From Takakia lepidozioides (taxonomy: Eukaryota; Plantae; Bryophyta), in NCBI GenBank assembly GCA_030704615.1, contig CM060731.1, forward strand, positions 19,654,001 to 19,718,000: a stretch of DNA of 64,000 bases, given 5' to 3'. The notes under the pieces were generated by a model. The model saw only the letters and a program-made list of their open reading frames with translations. It searched no databases and was not told where the DNA came from. Below, in pieces: positions 27,980 through 41,019 of this stretch. Position 1 is the stretch's first letter. The number at the start of each line of letters is the position of its first letter. Both the position numbers and the translations under genes were made by a program.

Positions 27980-30466
27980 CTTGAAAGGTTGAATCTACAG
28001 TTATTTCTCTCGTGTCCTAAAGCCACTCGAGCTTTCAGCGAGGATAAGGTGGCTCTTCGGAAAATCCGACAATCAAATCTTAGGTCCGTGGCAAAGGGTA
28101 CATGTCACCAGAGATTGCCATCGTCATACTCTGTGGAAGGCGGCCACCAATGCTAGCAGGGTAGCTGGATGCGCCATTTTGCCCAACACACCAAAACGTC
28201 TCACATTGTCACATCCAGGTGCTGCCTGTCTGCAGATGAGCATGCTTGTAGAGAGCGTGACTACTTATGGTCGCATATCCTTCCATATCTCCTTCACCAA
28301 CAACATACCATCCCCCAGCTTTTCCCGTGCCTATTCCCTCCATGTCCACCTTGTCTCTGGCCCCATCGCCGTCTCCAGAACTTGTATGTGACTACGTAGC
28401 CTACCGCTTTCAGCTATCCGCAGATTCGTTGGAGGCTGGCAAGTGCTTGGAAGAAGCGTGCGATCAGCGAGAGAGAAGCTGGCCCACCACCTGCGGCAAC
28501 GCGGGGGAGAGGAGCCACACAGACTACCGTATTCTCTCTCTATACACTCAACACTTTGGGTATTTACTACCTACCTAGGAGCTGGCCGACTATATATTTT
28601 TTTGTTTTTGTGTTGGGAAACGGAGGACCCTTGCTAAATTTGCATTGAAGTTGTCTCCTTTCCTTTATTTATTTTGTCTTCCTTTGCTGGATGGATGATC
28701 CATACAATCGACGGCCTGGTTATGTCGAGCCTGCAAATCCCAACTCGGAGTGTAATCCAGGATTTGGTGTTCTTTGTTACGCTTTTCCCCTCAAGCTGCC
28801 CCAAAATTACGACCCATCGCATTGTTGTGGAGAAAGTAACTGATTCTGGAATTTGGTGGAAGAGACAATCAATTCTTTTGATGCCAAGTCTTTCCACTCC
28901 CACTTTGGCAATTCTTCATCATCCAAGTGGCTAAGGATGCTTGGTTTTGTGTAAATTAAGCCGTGAGTACAACCAAGTTGCATGACTTTCTTTCCCTAGT
29001 ACATCTCCATTTAGGACTTCATATAAACATGTGGATGGATGTCAAGGAGAGCCCACACATAACAATAAGCTGGGTATCGAGTATGAAGGAGGGATCCCGT
29101 TTCCTTTAGAAGCAAGGGAGACTGAGTGCTTACTGTAGAATATAATGCCGGAAGGTTCTGCGGGCAAAGCTCGGTTCCGCTTCTTACAACAATTTCCATG
29201 TATATTTTAGCTAGAAAACATAAGAAGTTTTGAATAGCCTAGTACCTACCAACCGTATCCAAAACATCATACGGTGCCTCCCAAAGGCAGTCGCCGGCGG
29301 CCGTATTTGCATGATATGTATACAGTTTGACCCGTGCCACCCGGAGTTTCAACAGTGGCCCGGCACGGTGGCAGCTGCAGTCAACGTCCACGTTTGGTCA
29401 AAACTGTGGAGGGCTCTTTTAGGGCTTCTTTGCTGTGTAGCTTTTTCATCCGTCTCTGGGTCGGCAAAGTTTTGGCTTAGTCACGGAAAGGTGTGAAACC
29501 TCAAAGCTCCGTTAATTATTATTACTTTCATTTGCGCTCATAAGTGTATAACAACCCGAGTCCTTGTAAGTCCATTGCAGCCATCAAAGTCCCTTGGTTC
29601 TGTGAACGACATCCATTTGGTATTTCTCATTCGTTACCCCGCAGGGCAACAAGTTTGCCATAAGGTATGGATGATCGAAATAATCTACCGGAAGGGAGGG
29701 ACTTTCCCCTAAACTTTCTTGCAATTTCAGCCTTCATCATCCGCCCTTCAAAGCGACAACTCAAGACATCACTCTTCACTGTACCCCCTGCATTATGAGC
29801 CATCGGATCTGGTAGGCCCTCACTTCAGAGCCGTCCAAATTGTGGGTTGCTATATCTGAAAATGCGCTGGAAAATATTATTCTATTTTCAATAACATGAC
29901 AACATCCTCACCATTCACCTAAGAAATCCAACGGCTGGATTTCACTTGGTTACCTGAAGGTTTCCTGGTAGTAATTTGGACCGCTCTTATTAGTTAGAGC
30001 CCCATGAACGTAGTCAGGCTTTAAATAGGGCTCTCTGGCTGGCTCCCTCCATAGTTTAATGTATTATATGGTTGCCTAGAGGTTGCAAGCATGATTGCTC
30101 CGAGCCACTTGGGTGCAGTACATTGTACATACCCTATTTCTGACGGGCTTGGCCCCGACCCAAATTGCCTGTTTCACACAGCCATAACTTTGTTGAGCCA
30201 GGTCTGATTGATGAGCTGCAAATGGGAAAATTGGAGCCCAGACTGAGTACTTTCCAACGGCACCTGCCCGAGATTCCTTGGCCAATTTGGCAGAAAACTA
30301 TGGGTGCTCCAAGGCCCAAAACCACGAAATGGCATCACCAAAGATCCTCTGCCCGCTGCCCGAACGTGGGCACTTGGGGCCTGGCTGGCAGCCCCACCCC
30401 AGGTGGCAGTCGGCCCCGTCCCCTATAAATCTTGGCCGTACGGGAATCCCTCACGAGGCATCGTGG

Positions 30467-30668
30467 TCTGGATGAGAACGGGAATGGATGGATAAAGTGC
30501 AATGGCGGTAGATGAGAAGGGGTACGGATGAATGAAGAACAGTGGCACTGGATGAGAAGGGGAACGGATGAATGAAGTGCGGTGGCACTAGATGAGAAGG
30601 GGAAACGGATGAATGAAGTGCAGCGGCACAAGATGATAAGGGATTGGATGAATCAAGCGCAGTGGCAC
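30467..30668. repeat. About 40-bp tandem repeat x5, about 210 bp upstream of the PGK start codon
   Basis: Unit approximates TRGATGAGAAGGGGAACGGATGAATGAAGTGCAGTGGCAC. Confidence 0.88.
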
Positions 30669-30877
30669 GCGGCAGACAGTGGGTCAAAGCATTATCGACC
30701 ATCCGCAAGGCTCCGCGTGTCAGCAGCAGAGCAGCCCTCGCACGGGGAGGGTGCAGGTGGCAGGAGGTGAGGGATGATGGGGCGATCGCGAGTACGTGAT
30801 CAGCAATTCCCGTCTTCGGAGTTCGGAATTGGATTGGAGGGTTTTGTGAGAGAGGAAGGGAATTGCAGTGTGGAGAG

Positions 30878-33399
30878 ATGGAAGCACAGGTGATGGCAGT
30901 GGTGGGGAGTGCAGCGTGTATCCGAGTCGCACGTAATGTCCAGCAGGCATCTGTGTCGACGCCATTTTGGGGAAGAGCGCAGAGAATCCCCATGCTTGCC
31001 TGTAATGTGGGGAAATTATCGGGAAGGAGGAGCTCTTCTGGTGCATTGAGGCCTGGGAGATATGTAGCAGAGTTGCCAGCTGCAGGGAAGGTGGAGCAGC
31101 TGAGCCCTACGCAGCTCCTGCCCGGGGAAGAGGATGGAGTTAGTGACATTCAAAGGCCTGCTTCAAAAGCAGCGGATGGAAAGAAATCGCTGCGAGATGT
31201 GGATAAATCAGATTTCAAGGATAGGACTGTGTTTGTGCGGTGCGATCTGAATGTGCCTCTTGATGATAAACTGAATATCACGGATGACACGCGCATTCGG
31301 GCATCTGTGCCTACCATTAAGTACCTTGTGGAAGCTGGGGCGCGTGTGGTGCTGGCGAGCCACCTTGGCCGCCCCAAGAAGGGTCCTGAAGCCAAGTTCA
31401 GCCTCAAACCTGTCGCAGGTATACGTCTCACTTGGACGGCGATCCTCTAGTTGATTTACACTGGGGAACTAATTGAGATGCCTAATAGCGCACAGTGATG
31501 GATTCTAGTATCGTAGGCTATTCGATCCTTAGGAGGGGAAGGGAAGTTCGAATAAGGTGCATGTTGTTTAAGGCTGTCTGACACGGGAACCATGGAACAG
31601 AGAGATTGTCAAAGCTCCTCGAGCAGCCTGTGGATTTGGCCCCGGATTGCGTGGGCCCCGAGGTCGAGGCAAAAGTTGCATCATTGAAGGTACACATTCT
31701 TTCTTAACTCGGTGTTGGGTCTATTTGTTACTTTTTGCTAATTCTTGAAACCGGTATGTGACAGTGTTGGAATATCCGTAGGTAACCAGAAGTTAGTCAA
31801 TCCAAACTCTGCCCCGTAGTGAATGGGCCTCGAATAAATCAGATTTGCTCTATCAATGAGGTCGCGGGTTGCAGATCCCACGAATGCAACAGGTGGGAGA
31901 TAGTCCATGATGTTAATTTTGTTCGGTACAGCATGAGAATAATTATGTCTCTTTTTAAGTGTTTTACAAGATAGATAAGGCATGCGGTTGCATGTGGCAG
32001 GGTGGGGAGGTGTTGTTGCTGGAGAATGTCCGCTTCCACAAGGAAGAGGAAGCAAATGACGTAGAGTTCTCCAAGCAGTTGGGGAAGAACATTGACTACT
32101 TCGTGAATGATGCGTTCGGCACAGCCCACCGAGCACATGCATCCACTGCTGGCATTGCTAGCTACACATCGGCAAGATTGGCAGGCTTTTTAATGGAGAA
32201 AGAGTTAGCCTACCTTTCAAGTGTTATACAGAGGCCCAAAACTCCCTTTGTTGCTATTGTGAGCATCACCACACCATTCTGCCTGTTCCCGATTAAGTTA
32301 GCTAAATCTGCAGTTTGTCAATGCCAGATTTCTTGCATCCATAACTTGCTCATTCCGCATGAATTGACTTGCGATGTTGTCGAGCTGAAATTACTAGTGC
32401 TGATAAGCAACTGCATGAACTGTCTGCAGGTTGGTGGAAGCAAGATTTCGTCAAAAATAACTGTTATTGAATCATTGATGGGGGTATGTGACAAAGTGAT
32501 TTTGGGAGGGGGTATGGTGTTCACCTTCTTCAAGGCAGAGGGTTTCAACGTTGGATCATCCTTAGTGGAGGATGACAAACTGGATCTAGCAGTGCACTTG
32601 ACCAAAGTAGCCAAGGAGAAGGGTGTAGACCTAATCCTTCCGATCGATGTCGTGTGTGCTGATAAGTTCGCTCCTGATGCCAATACACAGACTTGCAAAT
32701 CTTCTGAAATTCCAGAGGGTACGAACTTCTTCTTTGTATCTCTTGAGTTTATGTGAACAAAATGCTTTGTCACTGCTACATCACCTGTGGAACTTCCAAC
32801 AAGAGAAACTAACTACAATTAATAAGAAAAGACTGTGCCTGGTACTTACTGTTTACCAGTAGAGATTGCATTTTCTGACTTATTCAAAGTTTCGGTGATT
32901 GGATGCAGGGTGGATGGGATTGGATATAGGCCCTGAAGCTATCAAACAGTTTGAGGATGCTCTCAAGGGTGCTAAGGTAATCTGCGGGAAGATCTTTTGA
33001 GTTCCTGTTGCCAAAATGTTCACCCTCGCATGATTGACATGCAAATCGAGCAAGTAGACTCGGCACGTACCAGAAATACCCGATGAGTTAGCTGGCTTCT
33101 CATGTCTGCTGACTGTTGTTGATGTGCAGACGGTGCTGTGGAATGGACCGATGGGAGTCTTTGAATTTGAGAAGTTTTCTGCAGGCACTTATGCTATTGC
33201 CCATGCTATGGCTAATTTGACCAAGGAAGGGAGTGTGACAATCATTGGAGGCGGTGATTCGGTAGCAGCAGTTGAAAAGGCAGGATTGGCAGAAGCCATG
33301 AGCCATGTCTCTACGGGAGGAGGAGCCAGTCTCGAGTTGTTAGAGGGAAAAGTACTTCCTGGAGTTGCATGTTTGGACGATGTACGTATTCATGCCTAA
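30878..33399 (+). CDS. PGK: Phosphoglycerate kinase with N-terminal extension (probable plastid transit peptide), 6 exons: 30878-31418, 31601-31689, 32001-32258, 32430-32718, 32909-32976, 33130-33399
   Basis: Motifs [60 protein letters not shown] and [19 protein letters not shown] introns join in frame. The N-terminal extension is about 95 aa and Ser/Ala/Arg-rich. Confidence 0.97.
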
Positions 33400-34514
33400 G
33401 CCAGCAAAAACATGCTTGGTTAAGGTCTTGCCTGCTCAACTAGAGCAGTTTTTTGCATTTCATATGTCATAGTGGGGTAGCATTTTATTTGCTGAAACAC
33501 TCCAATTGCTGTACAATTTCGGTGCAGCTGGTGTCAAATCTGTGGCACATGTAGCAGGTTATGTCTATAGAATCGCAGAAGAAGTGGTCCATTCTTTAGA
33601 AACTGAGTTGTCTATCTAAGGAGAGAAGAACAGAGGAAGAAAACGATGTGGAAGTATTCCCTGAGAACTGTGGAAGGCAGATGGGGCAAAAGCGATATTG
33701 TCATTTCACTGGCAGTGTCTGCACCCTTGGGAGCTGTAGATTTGCCACTCTGGTTGTACTGAAGCTTCACTTTTGCAATCTTGTAACATAAAAATGTGGC
33801 CACGTTTTGCTGGGATTTTTGAAGGTGTAGGTCTATGAGATATTTCCATCTTAGTGTTGTGAGACAGGTGTATCCAGGTTTAACTGTAGAGGGGTGATAT
33901 AAGAGGCTGAACTTATTGACAGGGAAATGGGTGACCTTTGAACAAAATCATTAGGAAGTGTCTTATAGTCAAGTGTCCCACCCCATTGCTAGCCCGCCAT
34001 TGCCTCTGCCACACTCCCTCTGTTTTGGACCTTCACAAATAACGCTTGCCAGAATTTGGGGCGTATATTTTTTGTTTTACATCCCTACTCTCCTTTCTCT
34101 TTTTGCCCATGTGCAAAGCCTCCTTGTGGTTTGTGCCTGAACTGTTGTTCGATTCAAGTACCCAACTGAAACCCTGATTAGCTTTTTCAAATTGTTTGAG
34201 ATAACAGAGCAATCAGTGTTAGCTTTCTGCATTTAGGTACCCACCAAATGGTTAACTCCTTCCATCAGAGATTCAGGGTCCTACACAGGAAATACCCTCT
34301 CACCATGGTTTCAGACCATGGATAGTTTGACAGATTCTACTTACCTGTAACGGCTGCAAAGGCAGATTTTTTTCCTCATGTTTTCTGTAGCAAGTCCTCC
34401 ACTTAACCTGAGTGCAGTTTGCTGTCCCACTTGCTTATGTGTACCTAATCTTCTGTATCTTCTTACCAAAAACTTTTAACTCATGATAATCACTAAATCT
34501 ACATCCTTCTGAGT

Positions 34515-35090
34515 CTGAGGTTCACATCACCAACTACTCCTGAAAACAGGCTTAAGCTTCGATACCATCATACATTTGAATTCACAATAGGATGCTACAC
34601 CATGAGCCTAGGCAGTGAGCCGAGGCTCACGATTTGATGTTGTGGCATGAGCCTAGGCTCTCGCTTGCCACATGGTCCAATACTGTGAAGAAGCCCCCCA
34701 GAAATGAGCAAACTTGAAACTCACGATATTCCCTAACCTACATCCCTGTGATGTTCAGATCACCAACTAATCTTGAAAACAGCAAAAGCTTCATTACCAT
34801 CATACATTTGAATTCACAGTATTCACAGTATTAGCAAAACTTGAAACTCACAATATTCCCATCCTTGTGATGTTCACATCACCAACACATTCTCCAATAT
34901 AATGGATGCAACAAAAATTGGCACCGCCACCATAGCTCAGAAAGTTGTCTACAAAATCCAAAACTATTCCTTTTTACTCTGCTATCTTCATACATTTGAA
35001 CTGACAGTTTTCCAATACAATGAAATCAACAATAATTGGCTGCCACCACCATGACTGAGAGAGAGTGGTCCACAAAATCCAACACTACAT
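34515..35090. repeat. Degenerate local segmental duplications
   Basis: CATCACCAACTA...GAAAACAG...AAGCTTC..TACCATCATACATTTGAATTCACA occurs at about 34525 and 34760. TCCAATA.AATG...AATTGGC...TCYACAAAATCCAA occurs at about 34893 and 35011. Confidence 0.7.
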
Positions 35091-38033
35091 GCTCTCCAAG
35101 TTGCTAGAGTTACTGTGAGGACTCTGATGTCCTTGCAAAAGCTCTCATAAGATGTCCTTTGATCCCTTGAAAATTGGTTGGTTCAATCTCAATGAGCGGG
35201 GAGCATTCTTTATGATCCCTTTTCTCACTCACCAGGGTTAGACTGTAAATAATCATCAAACTGATCTTCAAATGCACACTCACTACCCAATGAACATTCC
35301 ATTCTGCGGCTGCAACTAGATAGCTGCCTCTACTTAATTAAGTTGCCTTTCTGAGTTCCAACGAAACATGGTGTATGGGGACCTATGCGTGCATAGTTGA
35401 GTGCTTTTAAAGGTCCCCATAATAAAAATATGAACCTTCCGACTTGATGCTGGATCCCAGAACATTAAAGCCACTAGCTTTTACCTCAAGGAAGATGGCA
35501 AAAATTTCGTCACGGTCAGCAGCTGACCAACCAGGGGAGCCATCAGACCAGTGGCTTGTGCGCTGTTGCGCTGCACTCAGTTCTCTCCAGGTGTGTGCAG
35601 TGCTTCAAAAATTTGTTACACCAGGATTGTGGGACAATCCTGTACTATCCACTCCTCCACTTTATGATAACATACCTGAGAAACAGGACCTTGCAAAATA
35701 GTGGACGCGAGCTTGCAAGACCAATATGTGATCAACAAGAACCAGGAGACAGAGCCGTGTTCCCATTACCAACCAGGACGCCAGAGAGACAGGCAATTTC
35801 CAGAAACCAGAGAAATCAGAAAAAGTGGGAGGGGCCCTGGCCCCAAAACCACTGGAGATCAAATGACACAGGAGTTAGTTGCCAGAAAAGCTGTGGTCTG
35901 CTTCACCCTTCATGAAGCAAGAACCCTCACAAGTCTACACCTTGTGGAAGTCATCCGCCAAGACAGCCTGTGCATCAAAACTGTACTTCTCACGACCAAC
36001 CACACCGTCAAACTGAAGGTGTACAGACCTGGTCACGTGAGCGGGCATACTCTGATGAAAAATAGTGCTCCCACTCCTTTCCCTGCTCTAATTGCAGTGC
36101 TGCCTCATACAGAGCAGGCAGCTTCCACATTACCTTGCAGAGAATGAGTCCGGCTATCATCTTTTGCAACCTCCGAAAACTTCACTTTGGGCCCTCATGA
36201 TGTGAAACATTCAGTCAGCAGACAACCATTTCCATCATGTGTATCCTCCAATCCTCAGTCAATCTCGTGCACTGCATTTAATTATATCAGGTATAACAAA
36301 GAGTCGGCATGGGAAGTGACATAAAGGGTCTTCGGTGTACCAAGTGTTTTGAGGACCAGAAATAACAGGAGCACGGGTGGAATACCTGACGTTGCTCGAA
36401 ATTGGCAAATTTCACCATGGCCTCAACAACCCTGGAGGCACCTCTGAGCTCAAAAGCTCATACTTAGACCATGCACCTTTTATGTGCTGCTCTTCGGACC
36501 TAGCTCCAAACAAGATACAAAAACCTGTTCTTGGAATATGCAAAACTGCAGGAAGAATCTACTTTGCTTGTAATTTAGAGGGCATCCTTCCACATGTGAA
36601 CAATCACGGGCGCCTATTGCTGCTTGGGGGTGTACCTATGTCTCATTTACCTGCGAGAAGGAGCTTTGAAGAGCTCCCGACCAATCTATGCTTGATGTAT
36701 TTTTTATCACAAAATTGTAATGGGTGACGTGTTCAGCGCTGTTATATTGCAGGGTTTGATGATGTAATAGTGAAACGCATCTTGCAAGCCTTTATTCTGT
36801 TGGCTCCTCCCAACATTCTGCTACACGTGAAATGAATGTCTAAGGTGAGTCTCAAGTCTCACCTGATTTTGTGCCGTGTCCAATGATCGTGTACCATGCT
36901 CATCGTCCTCAACACCGGTGGGTGCTAGTCGTGGTGGCACGGGAATATCTGTTGTAGTGGGTGAGCTAGAGATGGACAACACCGGTGGGACGGTTCAAAG
37001 ACGCCCCCAAAAATATGACTTTTACATATGAATTTTTGCCAGAGCTGCAAGGAACATAATTTAGGCTTTTTGTCTTTCTGATCTTGTATGCTTCTTTCGG
37101 TCCTTACTTACTAGTCCATATTAGACAAAAGCCCCATAATAGCAGTGACAAAACTCGGAATGGTGGCCAGGTGTTGCGCATAGGCCTATGGACAAGAGAG
37201 CGTTTAATTTGTGAACCCTTCAAGGAGGAGGTCGGAAGTTGAGAAGAGCGAAGACCTTACTGAGTTGCACTTAAACATTTCAAGCATCATGCAACCAAAT
37301 ATCTAGTTGAGAGTATATATATATCCTTGGGATACAAGCGGCAGCGAAGGCAGGCCCTTCAGAAGCTAGCTACTTAGTTTCTCATCGACAACTACAAAAC
37401 AGCATTATAGATCCATCCGTTCTCCCAATTCATGATAAAGTTGTGATAAATTGTGATAAATCCGAATTTAGATATAGGATGGATCTGTAATTGCCCATAT
37501 CCCACTGTTTTCTGGTTGTCGAAGCCTGTTGATGATGTGGTCGAACCAACACGTTAAAAGCCGGAGCCCTGCCGCCTATCCCCTCCTAGATACTCAGGAG
37601 GAAGCTGAATGGAACATCAGAGGCAGCGGTGGTGGAGGCAAGTTGGCCACTTTCAATCCCACATTTGTTAGAGGATTAGGGATGTGAGTGGTGTGATGGC
37701 TCTTAATTGAGGTATGGTGTTTCCACCGGCCACACCGGGGGAGCCTCTGGCATTGTTTGTATGCCGTACTTGGGCTTTCCATAGAAGGGTGAGGTGTGGG
37801 GAGTTTGAGGTTTTTCTTTTAGGATGTTGATATTATGACATATCCCTTAATAGGGAGGGGCTGTGTTCGATGCCCGTTGTCTTAGGGCGATTATGAGAGG
37901 TTCTTATTTGTTATGTGTATTTGTATATATATATATTTTTTATATGTTATATAATAAATTAGTTAAGGTATTTGTCATGGTAGAATTTGAATCCAATAAT
38001 ATGGATTGTGAGAGAGAGTTATTTCCTTCTTTT

Positions 38034-38682
38034 TGGTCTGGCATATCCATAAACTCTTTCTGAGCTGCGCTGAAATCAGATGGTTCTCACTCATTGACAC
38101 TGGCACCTACCAAGGCCGACCACCAGCCCCTCTACCACCATGGTTGCTCCCATGTATATGTACCCCCTCACCATGCATCTGCCCCGCCAGACTTTGCCTT
38201 GATATTCTACTTGTTCAAGGACTGCCCATCAACACCCACCACCCACTTAGAAAAACGACAAAAATATGCTCCGCTCATCCTTGCAATTCGATGTAGGGGC
38301 TGGCTCACCGGCCCACTATCTGTCATCCCTGTTGGAACTAGAGGCGTCATACATAATGCCAGTATCAATGCTATACATGACAACTTCAAAATCCCCATCC
38401 CCCCATTCATAAATGTTTCAAAGCAATCCACCTCACGACACTTCGATCCCTCACAACTATTATTACCAACAAATGGCAACTGGAATCCAACTCTACGACG
38501 GTACCCTAGCTACCCAGGGTACCCCTGGGTGCCCTTTGATACCACAAATACCTCTATACCCAGGTTACTTGGTGTCCTACAGGACACCCTTTCTCTTATA
38601 GGGCCCACCCCCGAAATGGGGCAGTGGCCGTAAGGTGAAGTGGCTCTTAGTTACCCCGGCTTCGGCCGGAGTCTTCTCTCTC
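38034..38682 (+). mobile_element. 5'-truncated non-LTR retrotransposon copy (RLE C-terminus and 3' UTR) with TSD
   Basis: HIHKL...PPWLLPCICTPSPCICPARLCLDILLVQG...KYAPLILAIRCRGW...VIPVGTRGVIH matches an RLE region (RPD-like motif). Structured 3' UTR at 38601-38672, then a TC-rich tail. TTCCTTCTTTT is repeated at 38023-38033 and 38683-38693. Confidence 0.82.
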
Positions 38683-38812
38683 TTCCTTCTTTTCTTGCTC
38701 TCGTGGCGCCCTAGGTACAAACTGCAATATTCAATGCACTTCCATTCTCATATCGTAGTTTTCATTGCAGTAGAAAATTACGTCAAGCGGGCCCCTACGA
38801 CATGATACTGCT

Positions 38813-39282
38813 GCACATCAAGGAATTGCGTTGAGACAACGCATATGTCATCTGTTGCCTGGGATGACTCGGGAAAACCAGGGCCCACTTCAAGAGCAAG
38901 GGCCTGCCTTCACATACATGATGAATTGTCTGGGTCTAGTCTTTGACTTTCCAAGCTAATGAGTTGTAGGTGGTGAGTATAACTGGGGGATTTTGAAGTT
39001 TGTACGATGAGACAATGTCAATGTAGATTTATTGGCAGAACTGTGTTGCGCATCAAGGAACTGCGTTGAGACAACGCATATGTCATCTGTGGCCTGGGAT
39101 GATTCGGGAAAACCTGGGCCCACCTCAAGAGCAATGGCCTGCCTTCACATACATGATGAATTGTCTGGGTCTAGTCTCTTACTTTCCAAGCCAACGAGCT
39201 GTAGGTGGTGAGTATAACTGGGGGATTTTGAAGTTTGTACGATTAGACAATGTCAATGTAGATTTATTGGCAAAACTGCGCA
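38813..39282. repeat. Direct tandem duplication of a 235-bp unit
   Basis: CATCAAGGAAYTGCGTTGAGACAACGCATATG occurs at 38816 and 39051. Confidence 0.92.
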
Positions 39283-40843
39283 AAGGGTTTTGATGCTTAA
39301 CACCCATACTTGCGATTAAGTTTCGAATTAGATACATACAGTGTAATGGGAATATTTCATCCATATCTATAAATGAATGAAATCCATGGATGAATAGTTT
39401 TATGCACGCTTGAGTACGTCTACTAGCCACCACAGGCCGACATCCTCTCCCCAAGGAAGACAATGACTTGCATTTCCTCCTATCCTATTTGCTCTCGTTG
39501 AAATTTCTGATCCTCATAATGGAAGACTTATGTCAGACATGTGAATCGCCCCAGGATTAAAGAGGCCCTACTAGCTTAGAGAGAATATTCTGTAAGGGGT
39601 GCCCCACAGAATTGCCCTTTGTTAAGGGGCGCAAAAAAAGACGTCCTTCGCAAGGGTGGCCCTAACTAACACATTTGTCTTTTCCTATAACGGGGCCCGA
39701 ATCCTTAATGTTGTTGATTTCCTTTAAAACTAAGTTAGATTTTAGGAGAGGGAATGATTTTTGACATCTTCATCTAAAATTTATATTAATTATCATTTTT
39801 ATGTCGTGGGCCCACATGGCAATTGGTGCCAAGATTTTAGAAGGGTGAATGGAAAGGTGTCCATGAAACCACCCTTTCTCGTTTTTAAGCGGTGATTCCC
39901 TCTTGGGGCGGTTGAAGTGCAATAAATGTCAAAAGAGCAGGCAACCAAAGTACAAGGGAGAAAAAGAGAGGACCAAACTCAAAATAGCACCGAAATGAGC
40001 GTAAAATGCGTTTCACCCTATATTTGGTTTTTGGCATTCCTCTCCTGATACATGGCGCGGCGTGAAACCAAGCGGAAAAGAGGTTGGGTTGTGGGCTTGC
40101 TGCAGGCTCGCCCTATCCCTAGTTCCTCTTTTGGTACTACGTATGCTCGACTTATCGGATACGCAGAAAGTGCCCACGAAAGCATTGTGGAGATGTATTA
40201 AGGGGCGGAAGGCAATGTGACTTAACGGATAACTTTATTGTAAGCTACACAAGGATTTGAAGAAATAACCCGTGTGTAAGGGGGTCCAAAAAAAAACGGT
40301 AGGAAGACAACAGATATTAAATAGAGGATGGTTCACGCGCCAAGTAGAATACATGTGTCAAGTGGTGGTATGTAGGGGTGACATGTGTGGGGCAATCTTC
40401 TAAAAGGTCCACGACCACTTGAGTGGGTCCGGGGCCACCATCCTCCGAGGCTATATAAAGGAGGAGTGCTCTTGCTCTCCCTACCTTTGACTACTTACTC
40501 TCTTGTTACTTACTAAGTTAGTACTTACTTTAGTGGGCTCTGCATAGGCAGGCCCCCAAAAAGGAAAAAAGAGGCAAACATCATGGACCGTATCTATATT
40601 AATTAATAGAACAACTAAGCTGAATAAAGCCCCCACCAAGTGGCAGGGCTTGCATGGATTACATGCATTTGTTTTCAATACAGCAGAGACAGCAGGTGGA
40701 AGCTAGTCATCGATTTGTTATATGCCTCAGGCCATGCGATGGCACGAGTTTGCTACAAATGTAGCTAGGCAAATTTAGATTCATCCACATGCATAGAGGA
40801 CGAGCTGGATGGGCAGCAGTTAGTAGAAAGTTTGTACCAGACA

Positions 40844-41016
40844 ACCAAGTTGTAGCCCAGTGGCAACGGGCACATACCACCTCGGAAGTGGTTGTGGGTT
40901 CAATCCACCCTTGGTGTCACAAAAGTGTCCACCTTCCTAGCGGAAGGCAGTAAGCCTTCGGGGTGAAGAGACACCATAATTTACGCTTCTTTCCTTCGGG
41001 AGGCGTTGTATATATA
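40844..41016 (+). mobile_element. tRNA-derived SINE with a LINE-derived structured 3' end
   Basis: Acceptor-like stem ACCAAG/CTTGGT, A box TAGCCCAGTGG, anticodon-like arm ACCAC-CTCGGAA-GTGGT and B box GGTTCAATCC. These are followed by the three-way-junction motif, a UUCG hairpin and a (TA)n tail. Confidence 0.75.
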
Positions 41017-41019
41017 GTG

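Noticed and set aside
8210-33399. PEPCK and PGK as a metabolic gene cluster
   Set aside because: They are 18 kb apart, separated by TEs and an AP2 gene, and probably act in different compartments. Nothing suggests co-regulation.
35100-36730. Possible decayed gene on the minus strand and short plus-strand ORFs
   Set aside because: There are stretches of open frame but no recognisable motif or consistent splice model.
38601-38646. Canonical hammerhead ribozyme
   Set aside because: It lacks the CUGANGA and GAAA/NUH core. It is reported only as a novel junction motif.
40844-40916. Functional tRNA-Pro(CGG) gene
   Set aside because: The T-arm is imperfect, there is almost no variable region and no poly-T terminator, and it is fused to a LINE-type tail. 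A SINE head explains it better.
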